Part shown: positions 17,451 to 26,174 of the stretch, in pieces
How the letters are laid out: every line of letters begins with the position of its first letter
Position numbering within the stretch: position 1 is the first letter of the stretch
Virus record (IMG/VR): IMGVR_UViG_3300032293_002036
Reading direction: 5' to 3' (one strand)
Source: an uncultured virus (IMG/VR IMGVR_UViG_3300032293_002036)
Taxonomy: Duplodnaviria > Heunggongvirae > Uroviricota > Caudoviricetes
DNA: 64,000 nt
Translations under genes and position numbers: made by a program
Notes under the pieces: generated by a model
Database searches by the model: none
The model's input: only the letters and a program-made list of their open reading frames with translations
What the model was told of the DNA's origin: nothing

Positions 17451-19095
17451 GAAGACTGCCATGGATCCTCTCTTCCGAGTGGAGACGATTGCAGCCACTC
17501 CCAACCCGCAGCAGTGCGTCTACGCGGGAATGCACCAGGATTACGACGAAGGCTTTGTCATGGACAGTCGCGAGACTTGGCCAGACGAAACCAAGGCTGG
17601 TGAAATCTGCGTCAAGCGACTGCTGGCTGGTGAGCGGGGCCATTACGGCCCCTTGGAGCATGCTCAGATCGTGCTCAATGTGGGCTGGTTTCCCCACTCG
17701 GTGATGCAGCAGGCCCGCACCCACCGCGTTGGCTGCTGTCTTTCTTCGGACACCATTGTTTATTTTGGCCACGACTCTTTGAGCGGAGGTGAAGTCTATT
17801 ACGAGTCAACCATTGGTCATCTGTTTGATCTTTGGCACAACGGCAGGTCTCATCAAAGAACCGAAGCCGATGCTGCTTATATGCGCAGGCAGATTGGGTC
17901 CCGAAAACTCATGCACTTAAATGAGCAGACAGGACTTATTGAGACCACAAGTATCACCAATATCTACGGAAATGGCCCCAAAGAAATTTGGTGCATTCGC
18001 TTGGAGGACGGAAAGGAAATCAAGGCAACACTGAACCATCAAGTGTTTACGCCAAACGGCTGGACCACTTTTGGCGAGCTTAAGCCTGGTGATTCTGTCA
18101 TGACAGCAGCTTCACTCCCTCTCTGTTCGCAAAGTGAAATCACAGACGCGACAAACGATCAAGAGCTTGAGCAATGGAAAACTTGTGCCAATTTTCCTTG
18201 GTACGAGGTATCAACTTGTGGGCGGGTTCGCTCTTGGGCTCCACGCAAGCACAGAGGAAAACAAGTTTATCCCATGCATCCTCGCCTTAAAAAAGTGAGC
18301 AAAGGCACTTACTCCTATGTGTCTTTGGCCAGCGAAGAGGGCACTGGATCCAAGCGCGTAAACGTGCATACACTCGTGCTTGAAACCTTTGTCGGAACAA
18401 GGCCTCCCGATGGAGTCGCAAGACACCTCAATGGCGTAGCTCATGACAATAGGCTCTCAAACTTGAGCTGGGGAACCCAAGCAGAGAACGCGAGTGATAG
18501 GTCTCTTCATGGCGTTACGCGCAGAAAGAAAGGCATCGCCGTCAAGATTGCCTCAATTTCTTACGTAGGCACTGAGGAAACGTATGACCTCGCGGTTGAA
18601 GGACCGTATCACAACTTCATTGCAAACGGCATTGTCGTTCATAACTCTTTTGACGTGCAGTCAATGCGTTACACGGGTGATCGCATTTGCAGGGCTGCAC
18701 GAGGAGAGCTGCATCTTGAAGACGTATTTTACCTTCGTCCGGTTGGATACTACTCTGACCGCAAAGGCAAGAAGTATCACTACAGTGAGCATCAACGAAA
18801 CAAGGACCTGTGCCTTTGTCGTCGGGCTGCACTTCGCTACGAGGAGCTGATCTTGAGCGGCTTTGCCGAGGAGCATGCTCGCGGCATTCTTCCTTTCGAC
18901 TATCGCCAGCATTTTGTGGTGAGCTTCTCTCTCCGTGCCTTTTTGCACTTCCTTGACCTTCGAGCCAAGCTTGATGCGCAGAAGGAAATCCGAGACTTGT
19001 GCGAGCTGATGTGGCCCCACCTTCAACAGTGGACTCCTGAGTTTGCCGAGTGGTACGAAAAAACTCGCCTTCACAAGGCGAGGCTTGCTCCTTAA
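17443..19095 (+). CDS. thyX: flavin-dependent thymidylate synthase, intein-containing
   Basis: 'GHYGPLEH', 'QQARTHRVGC|SFDVQSMRY', 'EEHARGILP', 'HFLDLRAKLDAQKEIR'. Confidence 0.93.
   Translation: MLEKTAMDPLFRVETIAATPNPQQCVYAGMHQDYDEGFVMDSRETWPDETKAGEICVKRLLAGERGHYGPLEHAQIVLNVGWFPHSVMQQARTHRVGCCLSSDTIVYFGHDSLSGGEVYYESTIGHLFDLWHNGRSHQRTEADAAYMRRQIGSRKLMHLNEQTGLIETTSITNIYGNGPKEIWCIRLEDGKEIKATLNHQVFTPNGWTTFGELKPGDSVMTAASLPLCSQSEITDATNDQELEQWKTCANFPWYEVSTCGRVRSWAPRKHRGKQVYPMHPRLKKVSKGTYSYVSLASEEGTGSKRVNVHTLVLETFVGTRPPDGVARHLNGVAHDNRLSNLSWGTQAENASDRSLHGVTRRKKGIAVKIASISYVGTEETYDLAVEGPYHNFIANGIVVHNSFDVQSMRYTGDRICRAARGELHLEDVFYLRPVGYYSDRKGKKYHYSEHQRNKDLCLCRRAALRYEELILSGFAEEHARGILPFDYRQHFVVSFSLRAFLHFLDLRAKLDAQKEIRDLCELMWPHLQQWTPEFAEWYEKTRLHKARLAP
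17737..18645 (+). mobile_element. intein with NUMOD4-HNH endonuclease (303 aa)
   Basis: CLSSDT start, block B 'IKATLNHQVFT', block F 'TYDLAV', ends 'IVVHN|S'; internal 'EQWKT...YEVSTCGRVRS' and 'VHTLVLETF...RHLNGVAHDNRLSNLSWGTQAEN'. Confidence 0.92.
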
Positions 19096-19106
19096 TCCTT
19101 TCAACC

Positions 19107-19796
19107 ATGCAAGAAAAATCTCGCCTCATTCTCTTCAATGGTCCGCGCCATTCCGGCAAGGACGAAGCAGCCAACTACTGCGCAAAAGAGTTTGGTGCCA
19201 CCCGGTTCAAGATGAGTGGTCCCATCAAGGCCGCTGTCAAGGCACTGTTTGCCCTGACGGACGAAGACGTGGCCCTGCTTGAAACAATCAAAACCGAGCC
19301 CTCCCCATTGCTCTTCGGCCTCAGCTACGTTCAAGCTCAAATTTCAATCTCTGAAGAGTGGGCTAAGAAGGTGTGGGGCAAAGACGTTTTCGGACGCATG
19401 GCGTCTGGGGCAGTGCAACGATGGGAAAGGTATGCAGGCAAGGGCAATCTTTACGTTTGCAGCGATTCTGGCTTCAGCGAAGAGGCGGCATCTTTGGTTT
19501 ACGATGTGATTTCGCCAGAGAACACTCTTCTGGTCCAACTTACCCGCCCCGGCAAATCGTTTGAAGGGGACAGTCGTAGTTACATTTACCTGGAGGGGGT
19601 TAAAACTGTCGTCATTGCCAATGATGCAGATCTTGATCTATACCATCAAACACTTGAAAGAGTGATTGGAGAATGGCTTGGCGTTAGACCGCGAGAAACG
19701 GTTCTCGATGAGCCAATGGAATGCACGGACGGTTTTTGTCCTATGCCAGGAGTGAGACTGGCTCCCTCGGGCGACTTCTTCCCACCGGCTAACTAA
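19107..19796 (+). CDS. deoxynucleoside monophosphate kinase
   Basis: P-loop 'NGPRHSGKD', 'MSGPIK', 'VCSDSGFSEE'. Confidence 0.8.
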   Translation: MQEKSRLILFNGPRHSGKDEAANYCAKEFGATRFKMSGPIKAAVKALFALTDEDVALLETIKTEPSPLLFGLSYVQAQISISEEWAKKVWGKDVFGRMASGAVQRWERYAGKGNLYVCSDSGFSEEAASLVYDVISPENTLLVQLTRPGKSFEGDSRSYIYLEGVKTVVIANDADLDLYHQTLERVIGEWLGVRPRETVLDEPMECTDGFCPMPGVRLAPSGDFFPPAN

Positions 19797-20284
19797 CCAA
19801 CCAGTTGCAATTGCATAGAAGGCGGCCACGTAAAGGCCGCCTTTTCTTTTGCGCTTTCATGGATGGGCAGCACTCGCTGCGTCTCTTCCATCCATTGCTC
19901 CCAGCTCGAAATGGAAGTGTGAGCGCTCACGAAACTGTGAGAATGCACCCAAGCAAGAAGAATATCCTCGCGCTTTTGCGTCCAAAACTCCTGAGGGCGC
20001 CACCATTCAAACAGCGGAAGGCTTCCCTTGTCCGCATTACAGGAAAGACAGGAGGGAATGTTGTTCCACTTAGCAAAGTGAGGGCCCCCTTTGCTCTTGG
20101 GCACAATGTGATCAATGGTTAGCTTTTCGTTCCAAACGCCACAGTAGGCACAGGCGCAATGGCCGAAAGGTCCTCTTGCGGAGAAGTCTTCAAAAATGCT
20201 TCTGCGATAGCGTCGCTTGGCGTCGCCAGGGCGTAATTCGGTGAGTGAATGGAGAAGATCATCTGGTCCATTTCTCATTCCCAT
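19793..20284 (-). CDS. HNH endonuclease (McrA-like, Zn-binding)
   Basis: 'CAYCG...LTIDHIVPKSKGG...N...CLSCNADKG'. Confidence 0.85.
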   Translation of the reverse strand: MGMRNGPDDLLHSLTELRPGDAKRRYRRSIFEDFSARGPFGHCACAYCGVWNEKLTIDHIVPKSKGGPHFAKWNNIPSCLSCNADKGSLPLFEWWRPQEFWTQKREDILLAWVHSHSFVSAHTSISSWEQWMEETQRVLPIHESAKEKAAFTWPPSMQLQLVG

Positions 20285-20376
20285 GGCAAGCCTTGTCTGA
20301 CCTGTGTTCAGTTTACAGGGCTGAAAAGGACAATGCCAATGCCCTTAGAATGAGAAGAAATGCGCACAGCTTGATC

Positions 20377-20586
20377 ATGAAAGCATGGCAAGATAAGCTT
20401 GCTGATTTTGCTGTTTGCATTACAGCAGGAATGCTCCTTGCCACTGGTGGCATGATGATGAGCATCGGTCATCAGCAAGTGAAGATCACCACTCAAGTGG
20501 AAAGCATCACAGAGAAACTAGATGCTCTCACTGAAAGCATGAAGACCTTGGACGTGCGAGTGCGCGAGCTAGAGATCCAGCGCTAG
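20377..20586 (+). CDS. small membrane + coiled-coil protein (lysis-associated?)
   Basis: One TM then heptads; position before the candidate lysin. Confidence 0.5.
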   Translation: MKAWQDKLADFAVCITAGMLLATGGMMMSIGHQQVKITTQVESITEKLDALTESMKTLDVRVRELEIQR

Positions 20587-20612
20587 GATTTTAGCAGTTC
20601 GCTTTGTAGACC

Positions 20613-20756
20613 ATGGAACCCATTGAATGGTTTGTCATTGGTGGCATTCTCGTCGCCGCTGCCGACCAGATTCTCGATCGCTCGCCTTGGAAGAGCAACA
20701 ACATTCTGCAACTTGTCATGGAAGGCCTGAAGACCATCTTCCAAAGCAAGCGCTGA
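20613..20756 (+). CDS. small membrane protein, holin candidate
   Basis: Read by hand: MEPIEWFVIGGILVAAADQILDRSPWKSNNILQLVMEGLKTIFQSKR. Confidence 0.55.
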   Translation: MEPIEWFVIGGILVAAADQILDRSPWKSNNILQLVMEGLKTIFQSKR

Positions 20757-20762
20757 TAGACA

Positions 20763-21275
20763 ATGATTGGTCCGAAGAAGCGTCCTCAAGACTTTGGCTT
20801 CAAGAAAGGCGACAGCCATCTGATTGTCAATGACGCCACGGAAACCATGAAAGCTTTCTCTTTCGAGGGAAAGCTTTTGTGGCAGGTGCCTTGCCTCGCT
20901 CGTGGTCAATACAGCGACTACGAATGGCGCATCCAAAGGTCGGACTGCCCGCCTGGCCTTTACAAACTTGGCCAGCTTTACAATGACTACGCGCTCCATG
21001 GCACGAAAGCCCCTTACGATCGCACCTTGATGGCCTACGGCTGGGCCTTCTACGACATGATCGACCTAGAAGGTCAGGAGACAGGCCTAGGGCGGGCAGG
21101 AATCGGCCTTCATGGCGGAGGCAGTGCATTGGGGTGGCCTGGCGCATGGGCGCCCAACCAGCCCCTTGTGGCGACTTATGGCTGCGTGCGAGCAAGGAAC
21201 CAAGATCTCATCGAGAAGATCCTTCCTCTCTATCGGCAAGGAACTGTTTTTTGTTCGGTTTTCCAAGAAGGCTGA
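20763..21275 (+). CDS. L,D-transpeptidase (YkuD-like) domain protein, lysin candidate
   Basis: 'DCPPGLYKLG', 'IGLHGGG....TYGCVR' catalytic His/Cys. Confidence 0.75.
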   Translation: MIGPKKRPQDFGFKKGDSHLIVNDATETMKAFSFEGKLLWQVPCLARGQYSDYEWRIQRSDCPPGLYKLGQLYNDYALHGTKAPYDRTLMAYGWAFYDMIDLEGQETGLGRAGIGLHGGGSALGWPGAWAPNQPLVATYGCVRARNQDLIEKILPLYRQGTVFCSVFQEG

Positions 21276-21664
21276 TGAAAAAAGAAGCCCTCTTCTTTGC
21301 GTTTTGCTACGAGCTTGCAATGGAAGCCGTGAAGAAGTGGCCACGACTGCGCTTCTCCCCATGGTTTCCTTTGCTCGTTTCCCACTGCCTCCCCTTCTGG
21401 ACGGAATGGAAAACTGCTCGCACAATGCAAAAAGTGGACGAGCAAGCGAAGGAACTGGTGGAGCAATGGGAAAGGGACGAGCGGGAAGTGGCCGCTGAAA
21501 AGCTTGCAAGCAAAGCTCAGGAGCTGTTTCCTCAGGCGACCATCACCCCTCTTCCAGATGCAGTGGTTCCCTCTGTGATGATCATCCACGAGGCCCCTGA
21601 ATCAGCGAGCGACGACGTAAAGGCCCTTGGCGGGGAATTGCGAATCACTTGGCAGTTACAATGA
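21275..21664 (+). CDS. hypothetical protein
   Basis: TGATG coupling to the lysin candidate. Confidence 0.6.
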   Translation: MKKEALFFAFCYELAMEAVKKWPRLRFSPWFPLLVSHCLPFWTEWKTARTMQKVDEQAKELVEQWERDEREVAAEKLASKAQELFPQATITPLPDAVVPSVMIIHEAPESASDDVKALGGELRITWQLQ

Positions 21665-21683
21665 GAGAAGCTTTTTGATAGCC

Positions 21684-21818
21684 ATGGAAATCGTTGTCGG
21701 ACTGTGCTTGTTTTCGGCGGGGTTTGCAATGGCTTCAAAAATGTACATGCACTGTGTGCATCCATACCACCCAAGCTGCCCCCTGTCAAAACAATCCGCT
21801 TTACGACCGAACGATTAG
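21684..21818 (+). CDS. small membrane protein
   Basis: MEIVVGLCLFSAGFAMAS. Confidence 0.4.
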   Translation: MEIVVGLCLFSAGFAMASKMYMHCVHPYHPSCPLSKQSALRPND

Positions 21819-22385
21819 CTTCATAAATTCAACAAGAATGCCAGTGGCTGCTGTCTTGTTCTGCACAATGAAGAAGATCCTGTCATTCTCGTTGAGCTGA
21901 AGAAGAGTTTGGATGGCGCCGGATTGAGGCTGGGCCGAAGAAGGTCCAGAGTTCGTGTAGATTTCGCTTTCCGAGATCCTGTCCGCATTGGCATCTAATG
22001 GAGAACCGGGATTGCGATTCACGCCAATGTAGAAGCCGCATGTGTTCTGGCTGCCAGCGTAGAAGCTGAAGGTGGCGATGGCATGAAACTTGCCGCTCGT
22101 TCCTTTGTGCTTCAGGGAGTTGGTCAGCGCGTCCTTTTCAAAATTGACCAACTGGCTCGTCTGCATCACTCCTGACGCCACGGCCCGACCATTGATGGTT
22201 GCAATGGGGGTGGGAACAGTGTTGGCCTTTAAGTAGATGGCGCCCGAATCTTCACTACGAGGAGGGCCTTGGACGCCAGGCGCCGTAAGAATAAGACTGG
22301 TGCTAGGAATGGTCAGACTAACGTCGCTACTGTTCTCTTCAATTGCGACAATGTTCTCTTGCTTTTCGACAGTGACAATGGTCAT
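21801..22385 (-). CDS. virion fibre/C1q-like beta protein
   Basis: 'APGVQGP' and 'LQLNENDRIFFIVQN'; end of the virion operon. Confidence 0.6.
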   Translation of the reverse strand: MTIVTVEKQENIVAIEENSSDVSLTIPSTSLILTAPGVQGPPRSEDSGAIYLKANTVPTPIATINGRAVASGVMQTSQLVNFEKDALTNSLKHKGTSGKFHAIATFSFYAGSQNTCGFYIGVNRNPGSPLDANADRISESEIYTNSGPSSAQPQSGAIQTLLQLNENDRIFFIVQNKTAATGILVEFMKLIVRS

Positions 22386-22387
22386 TA

Positions 22388-22729
22388 TCAGGGTCTCCAA
22401 GAAAGGCCTGGACTCCAGAAGGCTGTTCCCTCCAGAAGGTAAAACCTGTCGCCAGCAGAAGTGGTCACGAGCAGATCGTATTGGCCTTGCTCTGTGATGC
22501 CACTTGTCGTGCTGGCTTCCAGGCGCATCTTGAACATGCCGCTGGGCTGGCTCACCCATGGAACGGAAAAAGTGGCGAGCCTTGCAGTACCGGTCTTGTT
22601 CCACAAAGTGCCACTGAGTGTGTAGCCACTCATGTTTACAGGAACACCAGTGGGATCCTTATATTGAACTGGCATCTCAAAGGTGGCACCCTGATGCAAG
22701 GTGATGTCGTACCTAGCAGGCTCGCTCAC
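22388..22729 (-). CDS. tail-associated (BppU/LtfC-like) protein
   Basis: 'YDITLHQGATF...PVNMSGY...YDLLVT...YLLEG'. Confidence 0.65.
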   Translation of the reverse strand: MSEPARYDITLHQGATFEMPVQYKDPTGVPVNMSGYTLSGTLWNKTGTARLATFSVPWVSQPSGMFKMRLEASTTSGITEQGQYDLLVTTSAGDRFYLLEGTAFWSPGLSWRP

Positions 22730-22732
22730 GGT

Positions 22733-22993
22733 TTAGTTGCTTATCTTTCCACCATTGTAACCCCAGTTTTTGCCATCTTCGGAAACGACTGTTGCCATGC
22801 CCTCAAGAACATCGGCAGGACTATAACCAGCGCCGACCATGAACTCAGCAAAACACCTTGCCATGACAGTGGTGTTTTCAGCGGAATAAGTGTGATTGAC
22901 TTCCACATAGCTACAGCCGTCGCTGCTTTCATAGGACGGTGCCTTGTCGCTGGAATAGCGACGGGAAAAGGAAATCGTGTTGACAAAAGGCAT
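22733..22993 (-). CDS. hypothetical protein
   Basis: 'FAEFMVGAGY' motif. Confidence 0.6.
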   Translation of the reverse strand: MPFVNTISFSRRYSSDKAPSYESSDGCSYVEVNHTYSAENTTVMARCFAEFMVGAGYSPADVLEGMATVVSEDGKNWGYNGGKISN

Positions 22994-23045
22994 GTCATGA
23001 AAAAGGAGGCCCCCAGAAGGTAGCCTCCTTTGTCGTCGCTGTCAA

Positions 23046-23192
23046 TCAGCCTCGGCCTTGACCCACGAGGGGCTTCTTGCCGCGCCTACGAGGTCGAGAG
23101 TGTTGGCCGTAGCCATCTCTCGTGGTCTTGGGGGGTCCAGGCTCGTGCTGGCGCTTGAGAGCAGCAGAACCGCCCTTGGTCTTAACAGCCAT
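23046..23192 (-). CDS. small basic protein
   Basis: Read by hand: MAVKTKGGSAALKRQHEPGPPKTTRDGYGQHSRPRRRGKKPLVGQGRG; followed by a terminator at ~23000-23030. Confidence 0.6.
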   Translation of the reverse strand: MAVKTKGGSAALKRQHEPGPPKTTRDGYGQHSRPRRRGKKPLVGQGRG

Positions 23193-23218
23193 GATTCAGA
23201 GTGAAGAGCAGGGACAGC

Positions 23219-23743
23219 TTAGCCTGCTTCCAAGAAATATGGCACGCCGTTGATCCGCATTGGCACCAGCTTGTTGGCGACCACTCCGCTTGCAAACACC
23301 ACGCCCCCATTGTCCTTCAGTCCTTGCACCGTCAGTCCTGAGTTCATGGTCAGGGTGCTGGTGGACAGCGCATAGGACAGCCCTGAAACGGAAAGAGTGA
23401 AGAGCGCGTCGGAAGAGCCGCTGAGCGTGACACCGCTTTGAACCAGGCTTCCTGGTTGAATGTAGCCAGCGTTCGTCCACGTGCCTGAGACGGTATCGCC
23501 ACTGCGGGAAACGTACAACGATGGGACGATGCCGGACAAAGTGACTGTCAGTCCGTCAATTTGCTGCTGAAAGTTGCCCGTAGAGTTGGCGATGCGCTGT
23601 ACATCTACGTTGCTCACCCCTGCGCTGGTGAACAGCCCGCGAATGCGATTGTAGTCAGCCGTGGTCAGGCCAAGATTGATCCTGGCCTGCTCTGGAGAGG
23701 GCAAGTCTGAAAGATTGTTCTTGCGGATAAGCCCTCTAGTCAT
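23219..23743 (-). CDS. tail fibre-like virion protein
   Basis: 'KNNLSDL....ARINLGL' fibre motif; Ser/Gly/Thr rich. Confidence 0.65.
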   Translation of the reverse strand: MTRGLIRKNNLSDLPSPEQARINLGLTTADYNRIRGLFTSAGVSNVDVQRIANSTGNFQQQIDGLTVTLSGIVPSLYVSRSGDTVSGTWTNAGYIQPGSLVQSGVTLSGSSDALFTLSVSGLSYALSTSTLTMNSGLTVQGLKDNGGVVFASGVVANKLVPMRINGVPYFLEAG

Positions 23744-23747
23744 GGTT

Positions 23748-24029
23748 TCAAACCACTCCGTCTTCCGACTCTAGCCCCACCACTTCCTCTTCTTCTTCTT
23801 CCAAGGGAGCAATCTCAGGGGGCTGCTCAACAGTCCAAACGCTGTTGGCAATTGCCACCACTTTCGGGTCTTCGTTCGTCAGGTCGTCGCCAGGTTGCAA
23901 AACATGACGATGGTAACTTTGCGACAGCACTTGGCCGTCCTCTAGCACTCGTACAGCGCAACGCACTTGAATGGCGTTGTTCTCCAGCACTTCAATCTTG
24001 TCAACAACAGTTTCCTTTGAGAGAGCCAT
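23748..24029 (-). CDS. tail fibre assembly-like small protein
   Basis: 'MALSKETVVDKIEV...QVR....EDG..LS.SYHRH...D...ED.KV.AI...VWT'. Confidence 0.7.
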   Translation of the reverse strand: MALSKETVVDKIEVLENNAIQVRCAVRVLEDGQVLSQSYHRHVLQPGDDLTNEDPKVVAIANSVWTVEQPPEIAPLEEEEEEVVGLESEDGVV

Positions 24030-24095
24030 TTAGGAACGTCCTCCAGACGCAACAGGTTTGTAGGCCGTAGTTTTAAGCCGGGTTGCGGGCTAGCA

Positions 24096-24866
24096 CTATA
24101 AATTGTAAATAATTGTGCCATTGAGAATTTTTGCTGACCCACTCGCAACTGCGGACGCGGTTAACAATGACGAACCAGATCTCCCCGTGCTCCATAGCTC
24201 AACAAACGCTTGACCGGTGCTCTTTCGCAGCCATAGATTATCAAAACCATCAGAAAGCGTAAAACCCGAGAAGCGGTCAACCGAGGCTGGTGTTGTTAGG
24301 TAAGTACCAGAAGACAACGGCAGCCCTGTTACCCTTGGATTATTGGCGGCAGTGGTATAAGTTGGAGTAAATTCAAGTGTAAACGTAGCAATACACAATT
24401 TGCCGATAATTCTATAATTTCCCACTTGGCTTGAATAGGAAACAGTCAGATCTCCTGGAGTTGAAAAGGTAAAGTCAGGCGTCCACGTCCCCTCCTCATA
24501 ATCATCCAGCGCATTCTCCGCTGCAGTGTCGCCATTGAACTGGATACCGAGAGTGCCGGTAGCCATGCGAAAATACTTGTCAGGAGTGACACGATACGCT
24601 TCTGCAATGGTGCCCGCCGATGCCGTCTCGGCGATAATCGTACCAGTGGTACCGCTTGTAGTGGTCCGCACTCGTGCCAATGGACCAACGCCTGCAGCGA
24701 TCTGCGAAAACCCCGAAAGCGAGCCTTGCGAAATGATGTAATCAATGATCCCGCTAGAAGTGACCTTCTTGTTGGGAGTGGAAACGTCGCTTACATCCCT
24801 GACAACAAACTCGTCATCACCTGCAAGAGCCGAGCCAATGTTTGTCAGTTGAGAAATTTTTGTCAT
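24096..24866 (-). CDS. tail fibre protein
   Basis: 'KISQLT' N-terminus, 'FNGDTAAENALDDYEEGTWTP' motif. Confidence 0.75.
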   Translation of the reverse strand: MTKISQLTNIGSALAGDDEFVVRDVSDVSTPNKKVTSSGIIDYIISQGSLSGFSQIAAGVGPLARVRTTTSGTTGTIIAETASAGTIAEAYRVTPDKYFRMATGTLGIQFNGDTAAENALDDYEEGTWTPDFTFSTPGDLTVSYSSQVGNYRIIGKLCIATFTLEFTPTYTTAANNPRVTGLPLSSGTYLTTPASVDRFSGFTLSDGFDNLWLRKSTGQAFVELWSTGRSGSSLLTASAVASGSAKILNGTIIYNL

Positions 24867-24869
24867 GGT

Positions 24870-26174
24870 TCAAGCAGAGATGGGCGTGCCGTCTTCTAAG
24901 TCAATGGTGGCAAAGTCTTCAAGCTGAAGCTTTTGATTTCCGTCAGGGTCATATACGCCATCATAGCGCCAAGCAAAGTATTCCTCCACGGTTCGCAGTT
25001 CTTTGTCAGTGAGCACTCTATTGAACAAGGCGAAGGAATGAATATCGCCATTCATTGCGCCTGTTCCGCCAGGAGCAGTGCCGAGAATGTAAGTATCACC
25101 TCCTGTGTAAGTGAAACCTGTGCTCCTGTAGTCGAGACGAACGCTGTTCTCTCTGATTTCCAAGCCGTAAGAAGTGCTGGCCCTCACTGCCAGTGTGTAG
25201 GTGCCGTTGTTCTCTGCCAGACCCAGAGCCATGTTGGTCTGTACTGTCGTGGTAAAAACTCCCAGATCAATGTTTCTCGTGCCATCGTTCCACCTGCATG
25301 CAGCATTGTTCAAGGTGCTGAAGATGTTGTAGTTGCTGTCGAGCACGCGCACCTTCATGACAACAGTCGCGCCAGAAGGAACCAGATAGCCCAAGTTGCC
25401 GAGACTGAGACTGTCGTTGCTCCCGTCAAAGCGAATGGCAGGCCTGCCGGCCATTACGTTGGTCGTATAGACAGGGCGACTCGCTGCAGTGGCCTGCACG
25501 GCCACAGGGCCGCCTCCCACTCCCTTCCATTGAATTACGCCATTACTTCCATCGCGATCAATCTCGCTGAACTCAGCATCCAACCAAAGCACGCACCCAG
25601 AGATTGCCGTGGGCGGAGGAAGAAACAATGGGATGCGCCTAGTTGTCCAAGAAGGCTGCTCCTGCACTGTGGCAAAATTCTTGTAGCGAACAAACTGACT
25701 GCTCCATTGATTTAATGGGCCAGTGTAATTAACGCCGCTTGATTGAATGGTCTCAGCCGTTACTGGGCCAAGCTTGTATTCGCCACCAGTGGAAAACAAG
25801 CCACTTGTAGTGGGAGAAAAATACGAGACGGTCGAAGGGCCGATGATCGTGCCAGCTTGCGTGGTGTACGGACGATCGTTGTTGATTGTCTCGGCGAAGA
25901 TTGTCCCAGTGAAGGTATCGCCAAAGCGAGAAGCCCTTGAGCTGATCCCTGAAAGCTGAACAGTGGCACCACTACTAAGAACAACAATCTGCTGCTCAAG
26001 ATTGCTCGACAGGCCAATGATCGCTTGATAGTCTCTTTCTGTTACGCCCGCGTCAGAAGTGCCGACAAGCAGTGCCAGATCGCGACGATCAATGCCAAGA
26101 TTGTCAAGGCACTCGTCATTGTCCAGTACCTCTGAAAGGTTGCTTGTGGTGCGAAAGCCGTATTGTTGTGTCAT
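24870..26174 (-). CDS. tail fibre protein with LamG/concanavalin-like domain
   Basis: 'LWLDA', 'QATAASRP', 'IRFDGSND', 'FNRVLT..E...VE.YFAWRY'. Confidence 0.75.
   Translation of the reverse strand: MTQQYGFRTTSNLSEVLDNDECLDNLGIDRRDLALLVGTSDAGVTERDYQAIIGLSSNLEQQIVVLSSGATVQLSGISSRASRFGDTFTGTIFAETINNDRPYTTQAGTIIGPSTVSYFSPTTSGLFSTGGEYKLGPVTAETIQSSGVNYTGPLNQWSSQFVRYKNFATVQEQPSWTTRRIPLFLPPPTAISGCVLWLDAEFSEIDRDGSNGVIQWKGVGGGPVAVQATAASRPVYTTNVMAGRPAIRFDGSNDSLSLGNLGYLVPSGATVVMKVRVLDSNYNIFSTLNNAACRWNDGTRNIDLGVFTTTVQTNMALGLAENNGTYTLAVRASTSYGLEIRENSVRLDYRSTGFTYTGGDTYILGTAPGGTGAMNGDIHSFALFNRVLTDKELRTVEEYFAWRYDGVYDPDGNQKLQLEDFATIDLEDGTPISA

Noticed and set aside
17737..18645. Group I intron in thyX
   Set aside because: The insertion is in frame with Cys...His-Asn|Ser intein ends
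21801..22604. 267-aa ORF as given in the track
   Set aside because: The N-terminal extension overlaps 22388-22729; the true start is more likely the ATG at 22385
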